Source: Antedon mediterranea (lineage: Eukaryota; Animalia; Echinodermata). From it: DNA of 64,000 nucleotides. A program made the position numbers and the translations under genes. Below the pieces are notes generated by a model. The model worked only from the letters and a program-made list of their open reading frames with translations. It was not told the DNA's origin and searched no databases. Where the stretch lies: the NCBI RefSeq assembly GCF_964355755.1, contig NC_092677.1, positions 24,167,175-24,231,174 on the forward strand, written 5' to 3'. Positions 37,201-52,200 of the stretch are shown in pieces. Numbering within the stretch: the first letter of the stretch is position 1; each line of letters opens with the position of its first letter.

Positions 37201-40200
37201 ATGTGTAAACTCCAATGGCCAGCAATAATAGGGGAAAGAGCTTGTAAACATCTTTGTTGGTACTCAAGACTGTCCACTTTATTGCATGAATTATTGGAAA
37301 AGGTTATCAGGTTGAACTGTGTAATCTGGTTACTGACTGACAGATTGCAAAATTTGCTTCCTAAGAGGATAATATTGACCAGTTAAATATTGTCATCCAA
37401 TGTAGTAAATTCATCAATCTTTATTTAGCATAGTCAATGAATACATTTATTATAAGATTAGTTTTAATGGAAGATTTACGTGGGATTTGTATTCACAAGT
37501 TTGAATACTAATGGTCTGCTTGTCCGGGAGTTCTTCAAGGAAATGCTTGTTTGTGTTGGGTTTTTTTTTTTTGCTAATTTTTTATTTTTTTTTGGTAAAA
37601 TAATAGTTTTTCCTTTTTTTTTCTGTCTCTTTGTATTTAATAAATAATAATTTAATGCTGTAATATTTTGCTTTAAATGTAAGACCTTCCAAAAACCATG
37701 ATGATTTATGTGCGATGTTTAACACAGAACGTTTATAAATAAATCTATGATACTAATTCAGAGACTCGTTAATTTTACCAAGTGTGTAAATGGGCTTTTA
37801 TCTCAGTTCGCTTAATAGGTTAAGACACTACTTTCCAACACAGGCTATGAACAACATTTTGCTGTACAAAGAGTTGTGTATACACAGTCAAATACAGGGG
37901 TTCTTTTCTTGAATAATATGCAAAAAATGTCATTATATTTTCTAAGAGATACAAAACTACAGGCTAATTAACTCTACACCTCATTTTCTTAATTGCCTGT
38001 GAAATCTCATTAACACTAATGCCTTTTGTTAGTTTCTCACATAGATGTTTGTTGAGCGTTTCTTTAAAATAGTTCCTAAATGAAGTCCTGTAATTGCACG
38101 CAAATCAACTTGAACGCGGCCTTTGTCATATCAGAAATTGGTTGACAAATGGATAAAATATTAGTAAATAATTCCCAAGTGAAGGCCACAGTGTTCAAAT
38201 TAGATGCATTTAGTTTATTTTAAAATATTTTTTTGTATTTTCATTTTTGCAATGATTAGACTACACTAACATTAGAATGAGTAATGAGGTCTTACATTGC
38301 TCGATCAACCATTAAAAGCTAAATTACGCTTCTTAATAGATTTTTACAATGATGATAAACCATAGTAAAGATTGTTCTGCATTCTGTAATTTTCTGTAAT
38401 ATTATAATGTTGATCATTTTTGTTTTAGTTATCCCATTTAAATCACTTAAATGTTGATATATTATAATAGGTTTATCATTGTACTCATTACAATTATGTG
38501 GTTTTTTATATTTATAGATTTTTGTATTTTAATAGTTATATTAATTTCTACAAACAAGTAACAAACTGCTTGAATGCAGCAATGAGAGGAGGCCAACAGC
38601 TTCTGTAATAACTACAATAAAAAAGCCAGAACATGTACATAAATTAAATATAATATTAAGTTGGTTCATATTTCAACCTAAAATAACCAAGCTGTCCAAC
38701 TTTAACATAAAAATTAATTTTTAATATCAGCTGGTAGCCTATTCCACATACACATAAATCTAGTTGGAATACAATGATTTTGCTATTGGTTTTGATATGA
38801 GAAAATTGTTTAATCAACATATTTAAAATGAAACAATCTATAAATAAAATATAATAGAAAAATAGTATTTTTATTCATTTATGGAACATTAAAAAAATTA
38901 TAATTTTAATCAATTTCCATATTTACCAATAAACAAAAGGTAACATTTAATCAAGCATATCATAAAGGAATAGCTAAATTTAATGATGTTTTTAAAATAT
39001 TCACCAACATTTTTTATAATAATACTTGGCGTACCCTAGGAATTGAAATTTACTAAAATAAATAATTTATGTATTGCATACTAGTATAATAAACTATATA
39101 TTTTTTAACTACAAAATAGTCAGATTTACTCTTAAAATAATTAAGAATTTTTTTTTTATATAATCCATAATTGATTATAAATTATTAAAAATGAGTTCAC
39201 AGTTTAAAAGTAAATCATATAGCAATTTATAATATTAATGTTAGATATCAGTTACATTAGAAATATGAATTATAAAGCAATTAATTGTCTAATTGAGACA
39301 CAAAACTATTTTTTTAAATACAGTTTTAGCCAAATGCACTACTAAAATGATCTATATTATTAGTATTTTATTATAGTATACTATATATTTAAAATCAATT
39401 ATTTTTTATTATTCACAGACATAACTGTAACGAATATTACGTATCGATACTCATTTTTAAGAATCAAATTACACGATTACAACATGGAGAACTTGACTCA
39501 GACTCTTGTTATAGGCTGCTATAATGTGACGACCATATGAATCTCTCAACAGAATTACGTTAATGGGCTAGCATATAGCGTTTGATTAATTAATATGAAT
39601 TTCAATGTATTAGAATGAAGTTTAATTGATGATGGTATATATATCTAGTAAAGAATGTACATACAGAGATAATCTGGAAATGGATGCTGACTGATAGTGA
39701 TGTCGTATGATTGATCTGGCAAGGTCAATATGGGCAGCCGTTATGGCAAAAATAACTTGGGCATAAAACAAAATCCTGTATTGTTGTATGAGCCAGAATA
39801 TAAGCCTGTTTCCACTAGGCGAATTTTTTTACAAGAATCTGTTTGCATGCCTTTTTTGTTTCCATCTTTCAAACCTCCTACTCTGATGAGCGCAAATAGA
39901 TGTTTAAACATGTCAATTTCAGGAGATACCCGATGGAAATGAAAATGGTGGAGAGGGTAGCGCAATTTTCTTTTACTCCGTGAAAATGTTGGTAACGCCA
40001 TGTTAACTTAATAAAGAGCTGAGATAATAATACATCATGTTTTGTTTGTCTTGCGTTCTATTCTGTATACAATTTCTTTTTCTATTTTTGGCCCAGGTGG
40101 CTGCTCATATATAGATAAGAAAAATGATTTATGTTGGACAGCGCATTATACAGTTAATACCAGTTTCTTATAACTTACTGATTGATTGATTAATAATTTG

Positions 40201-43200
40201 ACAGGGATAAATTCATGCATTTGCAGTAAAAACATAAAATTTGTGTATGAAAACATTTATCCAAAGTAGAATTATGGCTTAATTTTCACATTTATCTTAT
40301 TTAAATGATAAAATTGATTTTATAGTAAAATAAAGGATTGATGTCTCCTTAGATTCCTATCCGGTTGTCTTTGGTTTTTTTTGGGGGGGGGGGGGGGATT
40401 GTTACTGATAACTGATTGTTTATGATAATTGATATTAGTTTTTGTATGTAAACTTTTAAACCAAATACAGTGATCCCTTTATAGGAGTAACTCCAAAACA
40501 GGAATTGGCCATATTGTTAAAAGACAGTAATTATATATTCTCTTTATTTTCCACTTAATAGCGTGTGCCATGAGGGATAGGAGTTCTCCTGTAATTTATT
40601 TTTTAGGATTTTTTGTGACATTCATTAATTTACCATTGCAAATAAAGTACATTTTGAATAATAGCAAAATATAACTGATACATAAATAGGGGAAAAGTTA
40701 GCTAATAAAAATAAAATGAGTAAAGTTTAAAAATTGTTCACAGTCATCAGTATCAAATAAACAATAGCCAATCAAAAATGTTGTTTTTTATTTTAACTGA
40801 ATGTACCAGCAGTCAGAAAATTTAATAGATATCAGAATCGGTCATTTATCTACATCTTCTAACTTCCAAGTTATTTAGTCACAGACGTGTATAGAATATA
40901 ACTCTCAGTCTTGATTGTTACAGACGCTTTTGATATTATTTTTCATCTCATGAAAAAGAATAATTTAAATGTTGTAGGACAACACTATAAGTCATGTAAT
41001 TGTGACTTGCTGTGATTTGTGATAACATACACGACATGGTTTTTGTGACATAAAACTTTATGTTTATCTTCTTTCCATTACGAAAGAAACAAGTTTTTTG
41101 ACACACAGGGGAGATGCTGATTCTGTGCCGTTCATAAGGGTGTCATCCTGCAGAGTTGGCCATTTTTATTCCTCCCTTAATATTTGTAGGCAAATCATCT
41201 TCTAACTATCATTGTTTTTTTTTCATAGAATGTGACCTACATTTTGTTGAATTTTGCTACTTTAGTATAAAATCATGTAATTGGCCTATACTTTAGTAGT
41301 ATACATGATTTGAATATTTATCATCATTTCATTTTTCAATTTCAATTTTCTGTAACTTGATTATTTTTTCAATTTAATTAAATAGAAAAAAAATTCTGAT
41401 TTTCTAAGATTAAAACCATTTGTTATACATTTCAATACTTAGATAATTTTAAAAGTTACTTAATCAATAACTTATTGATTGATAAAGATTATTTTAAAAG
41501 GGATTGATTAATTAAAAGTAAATCACTAAATATATTTCTTTTAGATTGAAACAGGTTTTTAATCGATTTACAGTATGTTGAATGCTTAAATCAATACCTT
41601 ATTGATTGATTTGTAGTCAATTATTTTAAGTACTAAATTACAAAATATTATGAAAATTGCAAGATTGTGTTACAAATTCATTTTTGTTGTCACACACTCA
41701 GATAATAACGACCAATCAATATTTTATTGATTGATAATGATTATCAATCAATATTTTATTGATTGATACTCATTATTGATTGATAATGATTATCAATCAA
41801 TATTTTATTGATTGATACTCATTATTGATTGATAATGATTATTAATCAATATTTGATTTAATTGATAATGATTAATTTTTAGTAAAAATCACAAAACGTT
41901 TCCTGTTTAATAATAAAGTCAGATTAAGTATAAACTTAAAAATACAATTAAATCTTTAAACTTTGATTGTCAAAGTTTGCTTCAGACAAGTTTTGTTTGA
42001 GTATCGGTTTAAACGAGTATCGTAATGATCTGGTAGACGCGCACTCGTTATAGCGTGACAATCATACCGCTGGGAAGACGATAATGCTGCAAGCCTTAAT
42101 GCTTGCCCTCCAACTTTAATAACAACATCAAATAGAAAATAAAAATCTAACATATACTGCGTCAAGTGTGGCTTCATTTAACGGCTCGACAACGGCGATG
42201 TTGTACAAATCATACAAGCCGTGGCGTGTAGCATAGTTTAATAGCTCTCCATTGGCATCAGGTGTTCTCGTTATTTTTTTGATATCAAATTCTGTAGTTC
42301 AAATTAAGAATTGGATTAGTTTAGCATCAAGACATTTTTTTGTACATGCTCAGAAGGGTGTCATTTAGCTATAGCCACATATGCATCAAGTAATCATAAG
42401 CAATATTAAAAAACATTTTGTTTTAATAATTATTATGTCTACAGATTATACTAATTAATAATTAACAACAATTTTTATTTGATTTTTATCTCCAAAAATA
42501 TCATGTGGTCACATATTAATTGTTCACTTTCACAATAATATAATTTTCTAATTAGAAACAACATAATTGATTTTTTAAATATATTATTTTAAATATGATT
42601 TTAAAAAAAAAAGCATAATTATTATTATTGCAGGGATTTAAAAAAAAAACTAAATATATCTTCTTAATTTTTTTTTATATTTAACTTTATTCACAAAAGC
42701 ACAGAAAAAGTTTCCAGTTTAACATTGTGGTGTTATCTGCATTTAATTCTTTTCACAATTTATTGCTAGCGGTTTCGAGTTATTGCGTTTGAAAAACCCA
42801 TATGCAATAACGTAATAATCTTAACTTTTTTTTTTCAAAATTATGAAATTAAATAACTAATATTTTAACTGATTGAAGAGGTCAGTAATAATATAAACTT
42901 AAAAGTCCATGTAATAACATAATAATTTCAACTATTTTTTTTTCAAAATTATGAAATTGAATACTGTAAACCAACTGTAAACCATAACTAATATTTTGTT
43001 AAATTGAAGAGGTCAGTAATAATAAAAACAGGGATTTGTATCATTTGTCACTTGTTAAAGCAATGGTGTTAATTTCTGTAGATTGATAACGGGAAAAGCA
43101 CTTAAGTTAATCTGTAGGTGGCAAACTGTGTACATCCACCTCATCTCTTATTCATTTAATTGTATTATTTTGAGTATTTTCCAAACAAAGAACTGTTTTT

Positions 43201-46200
43201 AGTTGAGTTGTTTATTGTTTAGTTCGTAACCAATGCACCCATGCACATATTTCATCTACAGTATGAAAAAAAATTAATTTTTTTTTGTTTAATTTTGCTT
43301 AATGATGATGATCAAAATAGCAAAGTCTTACAAGCAGGCCCTCAAACACTTACATTAAGAGAATGGTATATACACGTAAAATAACAGAAGTTTTGTAAAA
43401 AAAAAAAATAAATTGTTTGTGAAATCTGTTTTCAGTTTAGGGACCATACCAAACCAAACTAATTTATTTTATTTATTTTACTTCAATTACTGCAGTAATG
43501 AAATGATTTTAGTTGGTTTCATTAGTTATAGATTGTTAGGAACTTTTCTGAAATAAACAGTGTCTATGAAAATCACATAGAGATATTATAGTTCACTATA
43601 ATATCTCTATGATTATCCTAAGAGTGTTTGCTAAATAATTGATTAAAGGGTAAACAACATGTAGTAGTACTGCAGTAACTGCAGTACTAATACAATAAAA
43701 TTGCAATTAATAATGATTATGTTACATAACTTGTTATTATATATATTATTAATTTACAAATTCATCATAAAATTTAAATCTTGTTATTTTGCATTTTGTC
43801 TTACAGGAGCATGATCACCATCACCATCATCGACGACCAACATCAAGTGACCGGCATCACATGAGACCACCGTCCGAATCGTCACACTCCAGCTCGTCGC
43901 ACGCTATCCACAGCTCACTATGGAACAACAAAGATAGCCCTGGAGCAGCCCCGCATAGGTGGGATGAAAAGTTGGTCGCTTTAAACTTTATCAGAATCAT
44001 TTGTCGTCCATGCATGTGTTTCATGTCATCTATATAAATTATACTTATCCTTGTTTTCTGCTTCTATTTTGGGTACATTAACACAATTCAATTCACCTTT
44101 AGCAGCATATGTTGTAAACTTTAAAGTTAGTATGCTGGGATCTGTTGAATGTAGTGCTTTTTAACCCCATATCCTAGCATTTCTAGTATAGAATTGTAGA
44201 ATAAACATTCCAGTAACCCCTGCTGTAAATACAATTATAAACATCATTTTTTTTAAATTTCATTTTAATTATGGCTTTCAGAAGCCATTTTATTACTGTG
44301 TTACTTCATTAAAAACAAAATTAAATAAAATCCTAACTGCTGTTCCGATCCCAGGAGGTTAAAGCGTGGTTGCCACTAGCGACGCAACATAACGCAATGT
44401 ACTGTAAGAAAATGCCCTACCAATCATTGTGTTTGCCCCGCCTTTGTGAAATCAAACCTGCGATGTTTGCAGCACTATTGCTATTTTTATATGAAACGTT
44501 TTATATATTTTTGTACTATATTGTGAAAAGCACTCAAAATATTTTCCTATGTGGACGAAATAAAGTTATCAATCAATCTATCAATCGTCAGTTCCCACTT
44601 GTGATTACACAATACAGCACTTTGCTTCGATACATCGTTGTGTTGTGTTCTAGTGGGAACCAAGCTTTACATATATTTTGTATACTGTATTTCTTTAACT
44701 GTGGTGGGGAAGGGGAAGAGCCAGATGGTCTGATATAGATTTTACGTATATCCAGCACTTGTTGATGCATACTATCATTTCCCTCTGTTACTGTACATCA
44801 TTAAAAAAATACCTTGGCATTTCAGTGTCTAATACAGAGCTGTGTCGCGCTATCTTAGAAATTAATGGATTAAGATAAAGACAAATAACCTTCTAAAAAC
44901 AAAATTCAGAGCGAAAAACATTTATCTTAAACCAGAATCAGGAGAAATCGCATTATAAAAATTAGAAGGAAAAGGTTGGAACCTCTGCGAACAGCATTAA
45001 ATCATTCGATATGATTAAAAATGATTCATTCCAATTAGCATTTTTATAGAGATATTGTAAAACTCAATTGAAATTATTAATATCAGAAGACATAAAAATG
45101 TATATTTAAAAATAAGCTAATAGCCACTAGTATGGGATGTAATGGTAATGTAATGTAATGGTATAAAGCTAATTCCTTTGACACTGAAAGTAGGTGGTTA
45201 GCATGCATGACAAGTAGGACTTTAATGCTCAAGTTTGACAAATAACATGAGACTTTAAAGGATGTAACAGGACTTTAGGCTTTCTCTTTCAAATAAATAG
45301 GTTACTTGCAAAATATACACATATAAAGTTTAAATGCTTTTTTTTTTTTTTTCATGGAATATTTTATACTAGTAGAACCATCGCATCATCATTGGTCAAA
45401 TTACTTGCATTGCAATTACGTTTCTTGAGTTGCCTTCTCCTAGTAGGAACAAAGCTTAAAAGGACATCTTCGGAACCACACAAAGTGTCCTCTAAATAGG
45501 TGTCCATAGTCTTAAAATATATTTTTTCCATATTTGTTTCATGGAAAGTTTTCCCTAAATGGGTGACCCAAAGCAGGGGTTATATACTGTAATACCAACT
45601 ATGAAAATGACAAATGATAATAAGGATGATACAGTTAAACCTTATTGGTTCGTGGAAAAGATGAATGTAAAGTTGTGCGCTTACATTTGCTAATATGATT
45701 TAACAAACAGGTTTTTGATTGACTGACCATGCTTACCAGAGATGTCTGAACAGTGAGGTTGAACTGTATAATGTAATTGTCTACACAATATGTATATTAA
45801 TTAATATTTTCCTACAATTTTATTATTTTTAAATATCTTCTTTTTTTTTCCTTTTGATTCTTAGGCCTGTAGCTCAACTTGCATCAAAACCAGAAGATGT
45901 ACACAGAGGTTTTCATCCTTATCGCCATGCCGATGAACTTCATAAGGTTCTGGCACCTACACACATGCAGTATGACCCCAGTAGTGCATCGGTACTCTCA
46001 GCAGGGTACCCATATCATCCTGCCTTTTTACCCCCTACTCATATGCAGTTTCCTCATTTAAGGTGAGTTATTTGTTTTTCAAATTCACAAGTTAATTAAT
46101 ATGACTATTGTTTCCTGACAGCGTCATCTATTCAACAAAATATCTGCCACACAGTATCATTTTTCGTTTACCATAATTTTGAAAAGAGTGAGGGGTACAG

Positions 46201-49200
46201 AGACAAGATAGTGGACAACCAGGTCTAGACCAATCATTTCATTACAGTTATATTCAACAATGCCTCATTAAATTTAAAAGGTGAAAATTATTGTTCCTCC
46301 TTGTAACCACAACCACTTGGCCAATAAATGGCCTCAACTTTCAAATTATCCTCTAATGGCTACACTCACAGATCAGCATTTCAAAAGTAGTATGTTGGCT
46401 TGCTTAAACTCTGTCTACACTATCAAACTTTATGTGACAAAAAAAGTGATGTCCCCCATATATTGACATGATGATGTCATATCACTATCATATTTGGGGA
46501 TATCACTACCATATTTGGGCATACTTTTGTCTTTTAAAACTAGTTTGATAGTGTAGACAGAGCTTTCATCCAACTGGTGTAGTGAAAATGTCAAGTTGTT
46601 TAGGCATAGACATGAAGGCGAAAGGACATCGTGGCTAGCCTTAGGACATGATTGTTTAGGCCTGCACTGTATTTGAGGGGTTGCTGCTACAATTACGCTA
46701 ATATTATTAGTTAATAATGAGAAATTAATGCGAGTGAAGAATTCTCATTACTTATAGGTTATCCAATCCTAATGATTCGTTAATTTCTAATTATTAATCT
46801 GAACCTATCATTTGCACAAAGTCTAATTCAAATTTAACGGACTTTTATTACTATGTATTTAGGATAGATTTCAGGCAAACGGGACCATTAAAACAGTGAA
46901 TATCTTCATTGTAATTTGTAGGAGTCTTTATATTTGAAGAAACTAATGTATGTGTACTGTAGTTAAAGAAAATTCTAATTAAAGCAGTGCACACATTTTA
47001 TTTGTATTGTCTGTTGATTGATTATAAACTATAAAATGATTGTACATGGCATGTTATTGCTTCTCCTAATATACAAAAGCACTCAGGGGATTTTATACAG
47101 AGGTAATTAATATCCCTTTTAATGTATTAATAGCCAGTTTTGTAATCACATGTGTAGGCAATATCAATCCATAGATCAAAAGGTCTAGCCCTAGTACATT
47201 AAACGACTTCAATACAGATCCTACCTACGTCAAATGTGTGTAAAACGACCGATATTGAAAGTTGAATTTAGTTAACCAGTTTGTTATGTAATTTGATACC
47301 TTGCTGTTGCATCCCTCTTAAAATCTTTAATTAAATGTTTATTTACAAGTCAGTAAACAATGTAAAAATAAATTTTGAATATTATAACTGAAAACTTACA
47401 ATATCAAAATGTGATAAGTCTGTAGGGAAATGGTTGGCGCCAGATGATAGACATTTACGATATTATTTTAGGTAGATATTTCAATATGAAATTGAATAAT
47501 GCTTGTGGTTTACCTTATTGCATGACATTAAATTAAATTCAGTAAGGATTTGATAAATGGGGAAGAATAAAGTTATACTTTGAAAAATTCCAAAGATATC
47601 CATGATGTCAGCAAACATTTCATGTATCTACACTATCAAACTTTATGTGATGTGCCCATATATGGACATGATGATGTCATATCACTACCATATTTGCGAA
47701 TATCTCTACCATATTTGGGCACATCACATAGTTTTATAGTGTAGACTGGATGAAGTTCTTTTTCTACAAAAGGGGCAAAATATTTAGAGTAGGCTAGTTA
47801 GGCCTATTAGCATTTATGTTCCTCTCTAGTTTGAAAAGGTGTATTCAAGCAAAGGGAATCCCTCTGGTTACCAGATGTGTGCTCCTAATGTTATTCTCAA
47901 GAATTAAAGTAATGTTGACCATTTCTATGCAGTACAGAAATAACTAATTTAAAATCATATTTTTTAAACATAATCTCTTGGCTATTGAAACTGTACTGTA
48001 TATGGCATTTTGACTATCTCTAGGTAATGATGATGTCATTATACTGTACAACATGCAGCATTATTTAATTCACCATTTTAATTTGCATATTAGACACAAA
48101 CTGGTGCAGTAAATAAAAATGGAATTTTTATTATTAATTAGTGTGTAAAAACACGAAATTAATCAAAGCACCGCGGTTCTTGACTGATCAGTTAATGTAT
48201 AGATGATCACGAGTGAATAAATTTATATTTCTTGCTTCTTTTCATAATATTTATATATTATGATTATAATTCATGTTGATTATGAGAGAACATGAACTTG
48301 TTCGAAATATAAATCCTAATAATGTTTATGAATATGTTTGGTATGATCTATGAATTTCAAAATGTTTTAATAATCCATTTTGTCTATGCATGCATAATTT
48401 ATGTTTACCGGTAAAGGCACTGTTCTTTTTATTAAATATTGCCAATCAATGTTAGTAAAATTTTAATTATAAAGATGTGATACTCAATTCTGTTGCCGGA
48501 ATGATGCACTCAAAAAGTAGTTCAAAGTATTAAAATTGCACTTTTGCGCATACAGTAAAGGGGCCATGTCAGAATTATTCTAGTGCAGTTACTGCAGTAA
48601 TTATTTCTTTCACTCTTTAACTAGTTTGTGCAATTATCAAACTTCTTCTGATTATACAAACTTCTAAACAAACTAAAATCATACATTGTAAAATATAGCC
48701 ATGCCAAATTAGTAATTATTATTTATTCAGGCAAAAGATACATTTTACAAAATATAATACAAATCAACAAATTAAACAAACACGCTGCAAGAAGAAAATA
48801 TAAAATCATAGTCACTAGCTGCCAGGAAAGCACAAAAGCAGCCAAGTCACTGTGACTAATTAATTCATAAACCAATTTACACAATATTTTCAAAACTCAT
48901 TTATCTTTAAAAAAAATTTTAATTTAATAAAAGGTATAGCCTCCAAAAAATATTTTTACTGTGATAATTACAATTTGTCTTGTAAATTTCTAACGCGGTC
49001 GATAAGCGCATTTTTATAGAATTTTTCTTAAAGTACTCTAGTTTGTCTCATTATATTTGAACACATTTAATACCCAATTAAAATTGACAGAATTACAGAA
49101 TAGTAGTGTATTATATACTATACAAAATTGAGTAGCCTTTTGCGGTATGACGTACCACGGAGGAATATGATGTAACTAAGAAACGATTTTTTTAATCATT

Positions 49201-52200
49201 TTACAATTTGTTACAATCACCATTGTTGTCAATTTAATTACTGTTCAATTGTAAACAAATGACTTCTCGGAACTCGTGTGTGTAATAAAAAATCGGTTAT
49301 TCCTTCATCCACTCTTAAAGAATTATTGGTTAAATATCTTGAGCCATTGTTATGTCCCTACTAAAAAAATAATATTCTCAGTCTCTATAAAGCATATTCA
49401 AAAACTCAGTATAAGCTATGCAACTTTTTACTTGATTTCTATGTTTTATTTGAGAGAAGAAAACAAGTTGTATCCTTGATATCTGGTTCGTATCACATCA
49501 TCAGGTTTTAGATTTATAACACATCTAAATAGATTTTGATTTCATTTGATTGGACGATTGTGGGTCACATGGTGTCTGATACTAATAGACGTACTTATTA
49601 ATTAATTTAGTGAAAGATGAAGGTTTTTATTTTCTTAAGCCTTTTTACCTCATGAAAATAGAATTTCATCTTTCCCCTCCTGAAATTATTTGTACCATCG
49701 CATTCATAAACATTCATTATTTGTATACTATTGCATGGTAAAGATCTATAAAATTATTATATTATACAACCAGCTTTTTGTAAACATTTTGGAATTTTGT
49801 GTGATGCAGTTAGGTACTGTAGGTGTAAGCGGCCTGAAGTGCTGTCTAACTGATCTACTCCCCTACCAAAATGCTTTCTTTTGAAATCAGCTAAGAGTCT
49901 CTAATTCAGTAATAGATAGGAAATTGAAATGGTTTTGATATTAAATGCTGTAAATTCTTTCACTTAGTAAAACTAAAGAAAAAAAAATGTTTTCCTATGA
50001 AACTATATGTACTACAGGACCATAATATTTCAATTCACAATAATTTGATTATATTATAATTTTTTATACCTATATTGGGAATAAATTTGTCTAAGATTAG
50101 TATTTTGTGATCAAATATTAAATAACACATTTGAATTTTGAGATTGACATATTTAAAAATATCCATCTCATTATCCACTAGTGCATTCATGTTCTAAGAA
50201 GTAGGCACCAGAGGTCTATAATGTTTCCCACGCGTCGTAACAAATTATGACAGAAAATCTGATCTAGTATTAACATTGATGTTGAATTCCCACGTTAGTT
50301 GTCTGTTAGCATAGACACCAGGCCATGTTTGTGATGACCAGTGAACAGCTCTCTGCCTCAATTGCAAACTAATAGCCAGTGGTCAAGGATCACTTTCTTC
50401 TTGTAAAAGTCCATATTAACTCGGACAGTTATTTAATGCTTATCATTCGATAGAACAAAATAAAATTAAAATAAAAATTAATGCTAAGCATTCAAATTGG
50501 AATTGACACAGTCATGGTTTGAAGAGCCTCCCTTTTATCAATTACATTACTGCTTTTGTTAATAAAATTCGATTCTTTTTTTTTTTTCATTTTTTTTATA
50601 TAATTTTTTAAAGACAAAAAACATGTATTTTCAAATGACTATTACAATATATAATTTTCATATTCTTTAATGTTGTCATTTTGATATCGAAAATATCAAC
50701 ATTTTTTTTTGTTTTTCTGTTATTCTATGTAATAATTCATTCACACAGTTAAGACTATTTTATTACAAGGAATTAGATCATTTTTCACTCGTTACAAATA
50801 AACATTCAGTAGCAAGCTAAAAAAAAAAAAATTGGTCCCTCAGAAGTTGGTCGTCGTAGATTTAGAGCTGGTTGGTTTTTTTTTTAAATGCACAAAGGCC
50901 TCAAGTGGAAAATTCTCAAAATATATCACAAACTCAAATGAGCAATTTCTCACCTACACGTAATTGTTAGGATGGATCCAATAATGCATGGCATGTGATA
51001 AATTATCAACCAATCAAATGCCAGGATACACATTTTCTGTAGATGTAAAGAAATAATTATCTATGGTTATAACATACAAAAATTTTAAAACCGTACCAAT
51101 TACAGTTATTAGAAATCATATTTTGTTTTTGATATATTAAAAAGAAACATTAATTCTTAATTGTTATTGCACGACAGACTAATCAACTTTATTAAAGATT
51201 TCTGATCATAGCAACCAATTAAATGCAGAATTAATGAATGTATTATGAATACCTTTGACATTTGGTATACATGTTTGCCATCACACCTAAAACTCAACAT
51301 TTAAATACCATGACTAAAAAAGATTAAAATCACATTTTCTTTAGTTTCAGTTAATTGTATATTGATGAGGTTAATTAAATTTACTTTGATGGATCATCGT
51401 TGTTGAAGTTGTTTTGATAAATTTAGTAACTCTGTTATTCCCAATTGTAAAAAAAAAAATTCTCAATTTTGATACAATACTGTATGCCCGTGAATATTAT
51501 GTGAAAAAATAGTATAGGAACAGTCCGACAACTAACATTTTTATTTCCCTTGCCCAATCGTACAATGGTCCATAAAGTTGAAATAAATGGTTTATATTAA
51601 AATTAGAAATAGTTCCACAAGCCAATAATTTTTTTTTTTAAAGAATTTTTTTGCTATAAATAAAAGTTGATAGTGCGTATCCATATATGGACATAACGAT
51701 ATCATATTATCACTACCATATTTGGGCAAATCACAATTTCTTTGTCAAACTAGACAGATTATTTGGCTTTAAAATTTCCATTTTTTGCAATATTATTTTG
51801 AATAAATTTTAAACATTTGAAATTATAAATCAATAATTGCATTATATCATTATTTTTTATTACATAGTATAATGTGCATCACACCCAGATATTTTTAGAA
51901 AAGCTAAATTTTATTTCATTACATGATTTGGCTCTTTCTTCGTTTTATGGTATTGATTCAAATATAGATTTTTAGAAAGTAATTGGTCTTATGATGTTCT
52001 TCTGAAAATGTAAATAACGTTCTACAGAAAGCAATAAACTTTACTATCAATCTAATTATGTCAATATTTTTAATTTTGCAAGGTGAATATCCAAGACTGT
52101 CCATTCTTCTGATCTTTGGCAATGTTTGAAAATTGCTCTACAGAAACTATTATGAAAATTCAATTGCGGATTTTAAAACTGGTTCTTTATAAGTTGACTC

